A DNA stretch of 64,000 nucleotides from Ginglymostoma cirratum. Taxonomy: Eukaryota. Positions within the stretch are counted from its first letter, which is position 1, and every line of letters begins with the position of its first letter. Position numbers and translations under genes: made by a program. Location: contig JAHRHZ010000140.1 of NCBI GenBank assembly GCA_024137785.1, forward strand, positions 21,647,451 through 21,711,450. The letters run 5' to 3'. This document shows positions 38,601-49,400 of this stretch, in pieces. The notes under the pieces were generated by a model. The model saw only the letters and a program-made list of their open reading frames with translations, had not been told where the DNA came from and did no database searches.

Positions 38601-41600
38601 CCCAATAGCTTTAGTAATTCCACCTGTTTTAAGCATACTTGGGACCCTATACAAATCTTGCAGTCATAAGAAAAAAATACAGCATTTAGACGATGTTCGA
38701 GACTTATCTCTTTTTAGGAAATAACCCATAAATATAACTTAAGATTGTGGTTACTGCAGAAGGTAAAAGTGAGAGGTTAGCCTGTGTGATTCTTTTTCGT
38801 AATATATTTAATGTTTTTGACTTACCTTACTAACCCAATAATTTTTTGCCAGTAACAAATTTTTTTGCAGTTTCCTGAACAAATTAGCTATCAAATTATC
38901 CTGTTCGCTATATTAATATTTAAAATGTTTTTCAGTAAGCTAATAGGTTTTGGATACATTCTGCACTTCTATTCACACATTTTGAGTTAATATGGGACCT
39001 GGTATCAGGCGCGTGCAATGTTTTTCACTGTGATTTTATTGAAATGAGTTACTTGTTTCCATTTGATAACTCTGAACCCAAGGGCAGAAAGGTCATGCTT
39101 TACAAAGCAGTTACCGTTTCTTACAATGCACGTATGTTTATTGAGAGGTCTTAAGCATCACTCTTTTCAGCAAAAGAAATCAATTTGTACTTATAACAGT
39201 TCAGTCTAAAATAGAAGAGTTTCACAGAGTCCACAGTACAATGACTGAACTCTGTGTGGGATGCGCATGCCAGACAGGACAAGAAGTACAAGGAAAGTTA
39301 ACTGACAGGCAATGATCGATTGGTGTTTCAGGTTGACAAATTCCAGCAGTACAAGACATCTGCCAAGCATGTGACCTGATAAACAGCAGCACCAAGGCTC
39401 AAATACAAGCATTCATTTCAATGTAAACCAGAAAGCAGTCGTGTGCAAGCTAAAGAATACGAATTGCAGGAAACAAAGTTAGACAATTTTATACATTCAC
39501 AATAAAAGGTCTACTTTTTTTGAAATGATAGTATTTTCGTGGCCTTCAAAACGCAAGGAAAATGACAACAGATCCTATGTGCCTATCATTTTGCCCACAG
39601 CGCTTAGTAACATTAATGTAGCAACAGCAAAATTACCATATTAAGTGATTAAGCAACAAAATACTGTAAAGGTCTCTTAATGGGAACACCTGCATGGAGA
39701 GCAAAATGTTTCCTTTATCCAAATACTACTGAACAGGTATAAAGATCTTGAGTGGCAATCAGATGCATATTGGAGGTGTTGAAAACTGAAGTTATTAACC
39801 GATCTTTAACAGTATGTTTGCAATATCTTAGGGAATGCACAACTATTCCATTGCATGCATTAGACGTTTGTTGACCAACACAATCAAAGAGAATCCTGAT
39901 CAACCCCGATTACGAATGGTCCTAAGCACTTGACTAAACAGATTTACCGACTACATCTGTTTATCTCTCTTGACTCTATCATGGAAGTTTCAGTTTGCAA
40001 CATCAGCCAAAATATTCAACAGAAACAGTCACGTCATTACAGCACACTTGGATTAAATTAAGCCATCAAGTGAATGTAACTTCTCAATTGTCAATGGCTT
40101 CCCTCTCAGGAGGTACACTGTAAATAATAACAATAAAAATTATGTCCAGCCAACACATGGGGGATGTGGGTGAGAGAGTGAAGAAATTCTTAAAAATGTT
40201 GCCTCGAAAAGTACCTTCCAAAGGTTAAATTCAAGTTTTGGAATGATAGAACTATATTTAATGTTCTTTAAAAAAAAAAGCTCACATTCACAGTAACACA
40301 AGTTCAGATCACTACAAATTTAGTGCTTTTCTTCCTTCATGTTAAAAATGCAACTTGAAACTTTTGGGCATTATCACTTCAACACCGAGAAGTTGCATAA
40401 GGCTTCACTGTACGTTAAGCTTAATGTTTTAACCAATTCTCACAGGAATGCTTATGGTTTGCTGTAAAATACCCCGTAACACACTTTACATATTTATGTA
40501 TTTGATACTTAAATACCAGTAGATACCATGTATCTGAGTGAAATACAATCATAATATAAAAATGTCTAGTTAGTTAATTATAATGGAGGAAGGAGAAAAT
40601 CACAGGGAACATTCATTAAAAAATAATAAAACTTCAGTCTTAAAATGCTCATTTTATTCGTGCTGTTGGTATGTTCAGAACATCTGGCATTAATTTTGTT
40701 CATAGCAGGAAAAAGACAGCCCCACAGCAGTGGAATACATATACAAATGAAAACCTCAACCTACATACATACTGAAGAAAAACATTAGATTTGTTTTTAA
40801 ATCCAATCAGAATGCATAACATTAGACCTAAATCGCCATTTCGGTACATTCTAAAATATCATTGAATGGAAGGCTTTTGTTACACTACCCCACAGTGAAC
40901 GGAGACATGCCAAAACCTCAAAAGTGAGGTTTTCCTGTAAACTCAAAGACTGTTCAGAAATGCTCTGCATATTCCCTTTTAAACAGTAAATAAAATCTTC
41001 TGCTGCTTCACAAAAATCTAAATGAAAATGTGCACATTCAAAAACAGCAACTTGCTGTCTAAGATTCTACAAAGTATCTATTATATGAGATGCGCCACGC
41101 TTAAAATAATTTAAGCATTTTCAAATACACTTATAATGAGTGAACCTTCAAATATCAAATTATTGTGTGAAATCTGGAAAGTATTAATACACAATGTACA
41201 AGTTTTCAAGGGGAAAGAAATGCAAGAAAGAACGGCAACGCTGTTTTTGCACTTGAATATGTGAAGCAATTCTGTTCATGAGATAACTTTAAAGCATTTT
41301 GCTTTTCACGATCCAAATGATGACGTTGTATCAGTTAACAATAAATAGTTAATTAAGAAAAAAAATGCAACTTTACTCATTCATTGCCCTTCAAAATAAT
41401 AAGCTTTTTGTACAAAAAAAGCCTGGTTTTACACTTGGTTTTATACATCATTTGCACTCTGTTGCATTCAAAATAGCTCCAAGAACTGAGTCACATAAGC
41501 AACTCATCCGATACATCGAATATATTTCATTTAAATTCCGGAAGCAGAGTTTAACTGAATTGATGCAGGACAGTGGAACGTTGTAATGAGTCTGTTTACA

Positions 41601-41913
41601 GTTCTAAAATGTAAATTCAGAGTGTAGAATATTCCATACTAAACAGTTATCAGGTAAAAATCAGTATTGAGCTGGTTAAAACAACTTTTCTGGAGAAAAG
41701 CCAGTCATGCTGCCTGCAACTGGATTTCCCTTTTTGTTTCTTCTTCACAGAAGAGATTCTTCTGAACGTGGCAACACAAAGGTCACAGTTTCAAGTATTG
41801 GATAGAAGGTTGCTACCTTAGCTGACCACCTCTTAACCACAGTAACTGGTCTTATCTGAAGCCCATCGGTTGAAATAAAATACAAACGTGCACTGTAGCA
41901 GATAGTAACTTAC

Positions 41914-42036
41914 CCAGCTGTTTAGATTGAGATGCCAGCAACCAAACTGATGGAGAAAGGAGAGCCCAGAGGCTAGCGTTCCTCCTTTATTGTTCCCTTC
42001 TTCCATTCCCAGCAAAATCGCATCCCTCGGGTACAT
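41914..42036 (-). CDS. TCF7L2: Candidate alternative first coding exon of N-terminally truncated TCF7L2 (MYPRDAILLGMEEGNNKGGTLASGLSFLHQFGCWHLNLNSW)
   Basis: ATG with A at -3, 41 open codons, then TGG|gtaagt, a phase-0 donor compatible with the SNKV exon acceptor. Corresponds to the start of track ORF 41833..42036. Confidence 0.6.
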
Positions 42037-43172
42037 GCTGCTTTATCTTCTGTTGTCTCTTAACCTCTACAACTTTCCCCCCCTTTCTCTGTCTCCTTGG
42101 TGCCGACTGCGCTTTGTATCTTTGTGGTTTTGCGAGTGCCCCCCTTTTTTTTTAAAGGAGGTTACTAAAAAAATGTCTTAAAATATCAAGAGCTTTCCAG
42201 TTCTGTGACCTGGTGTTTTTAGAACCAACATTCTCATTCACGGTTGCCGTTAGTAGCATCTTAGTCCTGGTGTAGTCCTATATCTGCCGTACAGCAGATA
42301 CCAAAATTGAGGACACACTGAAACGATAACATAGATCACTGCACCAAAATGCTCACTTAGAAATGAGTAAGACCGCACACATGGATATAACCCCATGCGT
42401 ACTATTTATTTTCTTTTCAAAGCCTATAACTCTCCTAGGATTACCAAAATGACAATGCTGCAACTCTAAATGGAAAGGTGTCAATAAGTGCAGCAGTGAG
42501 GAGACAAGCATTGGTTAAGGGAGCATGATCAACAAACTGTAGCATGCAGTCACATCTGTGGGAATGTCAAATCCCTCACGCTGAACTTCTGGGGATGGAG
42601 CTCAGAGAATGCTCTTTTTTTGACACAGTGACATTATAATATATATCATACATATACGTAGTCATACACTCAAAAATATAAAAAATATATGTAAAAAAGA
42701 CACCTGTGAGGTCTTGCCATCAGTCGCAGCAGGCTTTTTTATTATAACAGTAAATAGGGTGGAGAAAAGGCAAAGCACTAGACCTCACTGCAGCTTCAAC
42801 TGGCTGACCTCGGCTACACACAATATACAAGAGCAGCTTTTGTATTGCAAGGATTCTCTTTCCGAGTTGCTTTTTGCATACTGCTTCCCGTCGCTAATTG
42901 CATCCCCAAACAAAACCCTCTCCATCTCCAAATTGGGGGGCAGCTCATATGTTCCAGTAAATGCCTTTCACAATAGAAGCAAAAGTAATGAAACGCTCCC
43001 ATTAACTGTGACACCCCTCCCACCCCCAAAACCATGAGTAAAGGTGGCTCACAGCCTACAATATCCTCCCATCTCCAAAAACCACTCAACTTATTAAAAA
43101 CAAACTTTATACGTATCCAGTTTTAAACTCGTTCAGCAAAATCCACAGAACCTGTCACATACCTTTCCTTAC

Positions 43173-43194
43173 CATCTTATCTGTCTATTAAAAA
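43173..43194 (-). other. TCF7L2: Candidate alternative 5' exon ending in ATG (dnTCF7L2-type); 5' boundary uncertain
   Basis: ...gataagATG|gtaagg with ATG at 43175-43173. In-frame TAG four codons upstream. A pyrimidine tract and cag acceptor lie at 43196-43195. Confidence 0.55.
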
Positions 43195-44017
43195 CTGACA
43201 AGACACGAGAACAGGGGAAACAAAACAGTATGCAGTTTTTCCCTCTTTATTTAATGCTCTGCACTAATCTGGCCTTCGCGTGCAAAGTGTCGGCCAGAAA
43301 TCTTTTAGGCCTTAATACCAAAACAAAACCTTTGAATTCCCTTTATATGGTGCAATACAGGCGCTAACAAAGGCAATGAGGCTACAGTTTGACATGTAAA
43401 AAGCCCAACAACGAAGCAGCTAATTACATTCCCTCCCTCTATTCATGGTGGCCACCACACTCCAGCAGCTTCCTTTGTCACACGTGCAATTTCTTAAGTA
43501 AACTGGGAGTTTGGTTGCTGATGATGGACAGTTACTAATCATTTAGCACAATGAATGCTAAGTACGGCAGAAAGGATGGGCAACTTCAACACAGATTTCT
43601 TTGGGATTGGAGGATGCGAGAAGAAAAAGAAGCAGGAGGAAAGCTCGCCACACAGACGACGAAAGGTGAACACTTAAAATACCAGACGCTTTCAGTCCAC
43701 ATATTTACCTTACATCTATTGAAGGAGGGGGTGGTAGTGGTGGGGGCGATGTGGAGGGGAAGGCAAAAACACACTGTGGGAAAGAGAGACTGCAAATCAA
43801 ACTTGCCAACTCAGATCAACTTCAGCCATTATAGCAAGGGGAAAGAAAAATTCTGAATACTTCCATTACTCAGTAGTTTCTTTTGCCCAGAAAAGTTTGC
43901 CTTAAATCTCAATTAAAACAAAACGCACCGTAAAAGCACAATTCATCTAGAAGTCATATTTGTAAGTGGAAATAATACTCTAAGACATTCAACCCTTCGT
44001 AAAATTTGCTAACTTAC

Positions 44018-44250
44018 CATTTACACCTGCTCAAATTACGATGCTTCACACTGCCTGAATTCAAGCATGCTGCCGTTCCCGTGCTACAGCACAAATCAGC
44101 CAGCTCTTCACGATGTGGGCAGATCCACTGGGGGGCAGCACCCTACCTGAGCCACTTACAGCCGAGATGCTGCTGAGATAGGGACACGAAGCGTTTACAT
44201 CCAACTCCAGCTCTCCGGGAAAAGATGCTCAAGTTCAGGTTTATTCAGTG
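44018..44250 (-). other. TCF7L2: Candidate alternative first exon ending in ATG (dnTCF7L2-type); 5' boundary uncertain
   Basis: ...gtgtaaATG|gtaagt with ATG at 44020-44018 and an in-frame TAA immediately before it. The body is locally richer in GC and CpG. Confidence 0.6.
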
Positions 44251-44831
44251 AATTACCTTGCTTCATGGGAAAAAGATAATGAGATGGCAACACTCATTTG
44301 ATCAGAACCAGTCCCGAATCACTAACAGTTCAGAAAGGAACAAAAGAATAAGAGTTGCTTGCCTTCTTGGCAACATGAAAACCAGTTTCAACCTCTTATA
44401 AATATAAATTGGCTCATATTTTGAAGCAAGAGACAAAAAAGAAAAGAATTTCCTTTCTCACCCCTCCCTTTCCCAAGATGTAAAGACTAACGTACCGTCT
44501 ATTTTGCCCACGTAACCAGATCAATTTAAACAGTTTCATCAGGAAAAGTAGAACTATGAAATAATTTTGATACATCAATTGCAAGTTTTAAGATAACGGC
44601 AACTTAACAAGTTATATGTCCGTGCTCTAATATTTGTCACAGCCAAACATGGCAAGCAGTTCCATAAAGCTTCACTGCCCACTTTTGAAGCCTGCGTTAC
44701 TAACACACGCAGAATGACACCACTGAGCGCCTTTAAAGGATACTAGGGGAAAAAAATGACTATTGATCTTCAAATGGTGATAATTGAAAAGATCAAAAGA
44801 TTAAACAAAATCAAAAAATGCGCTGACTTAC

Positions 44832-45240
44832 CATGTTATGCTTTTTTTTGTTACAACTTGGTTGAAATTTCAGTCAAACAAGCTTCATCGGAGGTGTCAA
44901 ATTTTTGGCGGACTGTGATCGTATTACTTCCGCAGCCTTGCCTCACAATACTTCAGAACTTTTTACCTAGCTTTGGTTTACTTTGAAAGCTGCAGCTCAG
45001 CAAACCAGCACAAATTATCTTGCCACCTTCTACAGCTCTGATGCTTTGGCCGCTAACTTTGGAAGGCCCTTTACTACTGCATCAAAATTAGCATTGTCAA
45101 AGCGGTTAATGAATATTAATACTGTATTTGTCATTGGAGCTGGCCTGATGCTGAACTCCGAGCCATCCATCAGGGACAAGATTAAGAACACAATTATTTC
45201 TGACTGACAGGGTCCAAATCTGCTAGATTTTTTTTGCAAT
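44832..45240 (-). other. TCF7L2: Candidate alternative 5' exon ending in ATG (dnTCF7L2-type); 5' boundary uncertain
   Basis: ...cataacATG|gtaagt with ATG at 44834-44832 and an in-frame TGA at 44876-44874. A strong acceptor-like gtctcttatttttttag| lies at 45242-45241. Confidence 0.6.
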
Positions 45241-46382
45241 CTAAAAAAATAAGAGACAAAAAAACATCTTATGGGTTCCCCCTGGGGACGAACAGTCAGA
45301 TTAATACACTTTTAATGAAGTGAAGGCTATTAAGTATGAAGAAAAAGCAAACAAGATGTACAAGTCGAACTTACAAATGCAGCAAGGTGGCTGATAAAAA
45401 TTAAAAGAATACAATATCTTTTTCGACAGCTGTCTGAAATTTTTCTTCAGAGCTTTCTGGGATGAAGAAAGAATCTTTCTTCCCAAATCTGCATCATTTG
45501 AATAAGGAATGTACTGTTATAACCCACTTGGGATAATTGTCTCTACCTTATGTCTTAACAACATCAACTCAAAGACAGGATCCTAAATAATTCCTACACA
45601 AATATAATAATCAACACGCTCTTAAAAACAATTGACAATCACGATTCTTCTCTCAATTGCATCTGCATAAATCATGTTGCTAAAAATACTTTTTAAAAAA
45701 TGTAAATGTTAAATAGACCTTGTGCAGCTTTTATTATACCATATTGTAAATTGTCAAAAAAACTTTGTCTTGCAATACAAAAGCGCAAGTTATACCATAC
45801 TTAGAAACAATGCCCTAACCTTTTAATGCTGACAGTTTCTGTGGGAATTTAATCATGAATATCTACAACAAAAGGCAACTTCATTTAACTATGCTTCTAT
45901 GGTTATCTTTTACTTACAGCTAAATATCACTAGAATTTCCCGCAAGTAGAGTCATGCAACTTGTTTTGATCTGAAATACAAGAACTATAGACATATAGTA
46001 AATATCATCCATCGTTATTCTCACTTACTTCCTTTCCACCTCATGCAAGCTTTGTTCTTTGCATTTTGGTAACTTTGGACTTTTTAAAAAAATATATCAG
46101 TTACAGAATACGACCATGACACCCACAATGGGAAACAGCGGAAAAGTTCAGACACAGTTTTGAATAACAAAAGGAAATTTGGAATAAAGTGATTTGAATC
46201 ACAAACCTAAAAGTGTTTCATTTCTCAGCTAACCTTCAAAAATAATACCGATGTGCCAGAAATAGGCAAGTACAGGACTGGTTTTAGCCCCGCTACAGGA
46301 CGAATTTTCCTTTCTCAGCAATGTTAAGCCTTTTAAAACTTACTTTATTTAAAAGTTGATTTAAGGCTGGGGAAGGGGTAGT

Positions 46383-46406
46383 GGAGGAGGAGGAGGAGGA
46401 GGAGGA
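46383..46406 (+). repeat. (GGA)8 microsatellite
   Basis: Seen directly. Confidence 0.95.
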
Positions 46407-49400
46407 AAGTAAAAATAAAAGCTGACAGATGCAGCAGTTAATGCCATCTGACCAGTGAAATAAGGGGGTCTGGGTCAAGCGACTATGGCTGCCAAGCTAA
46501 TCTACTGCTCTCACTGACCACCCCACTTGCTGCTCCTAATACCATTAGCAATCCTTAGATGAACATTCTAAATTGGAGTTTTGTCCTCTTATGAACCAGT
46601 CTGACCCTGATGTAACAATCCTGGAACTCCATATGCAGATGATAAATCTCCTGCAAACGTTTCTTTCAGCTTTGAGATTCTTTTTCCCTTGCACGTCTTT
46701 TGTCTCACTCAATTCTTTGAGCCCACTCCGACTTGAAATAAATACTACAAGCATGAAAATACGCCCAATACTTTCCCCACCATGTTACGCGTATCATTTA
46801 ATTTTGAAGTGCACCCTGATACATTTCCAACACATTATTTTTGGGGCTTTCCATCTTGCTTGTCTTTGTGTAAATTGCGTCTACATTGTACGGTCTTGAG
46901 AACAGGTAAGTGAGGAAAAGAGAAAATGGAGGATGTTTGTGAGAACTGTCAGATTTGAAGCTTTCTAGCCAAGTGAAGTTAGAGGCTGCTGACTCTGAAG
47001 CGGTGGGTGCAGAAAGCATTTGCCTGACAGAACATTTACGGCAGACAGCTCCCGCTACCTCTACTTACACAGCACGATCACATCAGCCCTAGTATCAAAT
47101 TAACTCACTGACTTTGAAAGTTATTGATCTGCTATTAAGACACTAGTGAACTTGATGAAATCAGTGCTGTAGGTGCATTGAAGACTTCAAAGTCTCACAC
47201 AGACACATAAAACAAGTTTCTTTGATCCTTTTTACGATCCGCAGAGAGTTTAAAACCCAATTCTCGATGTGCTGCTTTTCACACTCATCAGGTCTGATAT
47301 TTTTGCAATAGACAGCTTGATAAATTTAATACTGCATACTTTAGCAAACAACTAATTCTAAACCAATATCTTAATTTGCTTAGGCAAACAGCATCATTTA
47401 TTTAAACGTGCCAAATATAAACCAATTTTCACCTTTATTACTGTCTGCACTGCAGGAACCAGGAATTTTCAGTGCAGAAGTGTACATGGTCCTTGCCATG
47501 TCTACATCAGTATTTTATCATAAGATGATTAATTTGTACAGACTTGCTGAAATTCTTATTTGAAGGACTAACCATTAATATTTAAAGCAAAAATGCCATG
47601 AAACACCACAAACAAGTATATTCAGAACTTATTTTATGGATTTATTGAATTGATACACAGGACAGGATCTGTAGCTATTATTCAGAGATTTTTGTTAAAA
47701 AAAGCACAATAGATTTTTAAAAGTAGCTAACTGGTTAAAGAAGCATAACTGGCAGCAGTATTACTAGGCATGCAACGAAAGATATTAAGAAGTTCAAGTA
47801 AAGGGAAGAAAAGAATTTGAGCAGGAAACTGCCACTTTAAATTAGGGAATGATATTGCAATAAAGAAAACCAAATGAAATACAAACCTCGGAAAGATAAA
47901 ATAATCCAGAGATTAGGCCCTAGGTCATTCATTAGGCACCACAATCATTTCTTCTACAAAGAACACACAACATGCCAACATAAAAAATTAGTGATTGATA
48001 ATCAAGATATTTAAATTGGAACTTAAAATATTATACACTTCTGTTAAAAGGCAAAAAAGTACTACTTTTAAACAAGGATCTGCTACTTTAACCGATTCTC
48101 AATTTCATTATTAAATTTTACTTTAACCATGATAGAAAATACTAAGCATTCTAGGCTGGTTAGGAGGTAATATTTTAATTCTAAGGAATGTATTTATTGT
48201 AAAATACATTCAGCAAAAGCGACAACTTACATAGGGAAAGTACACATTGTTAATCATGAGAAATAGCATGTTACTGTAAACAAAAAAAAAATCATCTGCA
48301 CAAACCTTTACCATGATTTTACATTTAAACAGAGAAAAGGTTCATGCAAATTCGCTACAAAAAAAATTCTTCTACGTAGACAGTTCTCACCAAAACACTG
48401 TTTGCTAATGAAATCATCTACCATACAATTCAGGAACAAATTAAGTTTTTGTACTAGCTACTGGGGTCCCACTTACAATTCTAATGAAGTCAACACTCCA
48501 ATAAGATGTGTTCAGAAAGTTTCCTGGGCCACCAGCACAGAGATCCTTTTCACCAATTAGTGCAAAGAAAAAGAAGGGAAAAAAAGTGCCCGCACTCAAA
48601 GAGCTAGGCCTTACGGCAAATCTGTCATGTCGACTGAATTGATCAACGGGACTGGTATTTCTAATGGCATCTTGTCAGAAAAAGTCAGCCATAGGGAGCC
48701 ACCTGTGTTACTCTTTGCAGACAGCTAAAGAGCAAGATACCGATCTCAGGCAGCACCTTGTACTAACAATTTGGAAGAGCAGTCTGATTTCTACTGCCGT
48801 ACAACTTGTCATTCTGCAATCATCACCTGGCTACCTTTTTCAAGAATTGTTATATGCTGAACACAGCTCCTCTGTAGACAGCCAATTTACTCGATACTAA
48901 GAACATTACAAAATGGTGAAAATTATCCATTTCTAACAAACCCAATTAATTTTGCATATCATTATGCTCATGTATTCTCTTGTCTAACCCTAAACAGAGC
49001 TTAGATTTTGCAAAATAACAAGAGTACAGTTGACGTGCAGTCCTGTTTGGCCAAGGAACACCTTTCCAGGTTCAATAACACTGCCCCTGAAATCTCAGAA
49101 GTTAGACACTTTATTATCTGTAGTGCTATGAACAATTTTGCTGTGTGCTGCCATTAACATTACAGGAGACGGACAGCCAGACATTTACCAAATATATTAT
49201 TGGATTCCACAAAAAGAATTCTGAAACTGAGCTAAATTGCGCATAAACATCAGAAGATGGACATAAATTTTGGGGCTATCTAGTTTGTTAAGTGACTCAA
49301 AGCACTTGGATTGTAAATCACGTATTGTAACCTTCCTCGCTCTCATCAGTCAATGAAATTCTCAGGTTCTTTTCTCGCAGCCTGCGGCGGTGGCTTTGCC

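Larger units (their letters stand above)
41800..47100 (-). promoter_or_regulatory. Putative internal promoter region of TCF7L2 (dnTCF7L2)
   Basis: Cluster of ATG|GTAAG exon ends, no recognisable repeats, more CpGs than the flanking intron, a CTCF-like motif at 44125-44140 and (GGA)8. It sits in the intron preceding the SNKV exon, as known for the mouse dnTcf7l2 promoter. Confidence 0.6.

Noticed and set aside
38826-38874. Possible 49-nt exon with a perfect AAG|gtaagt donor on the minus strand
   Set aside because: Weak acceptor, A-rich content, frameshifting and no further support; an isolated strong donor is expected by chance in 64 kb.
43339-43350. CArG-box-like ccctttatatgg
   Set aside because: It has seven A/T between CC and GG and does not fit CC(A/T)6GG.
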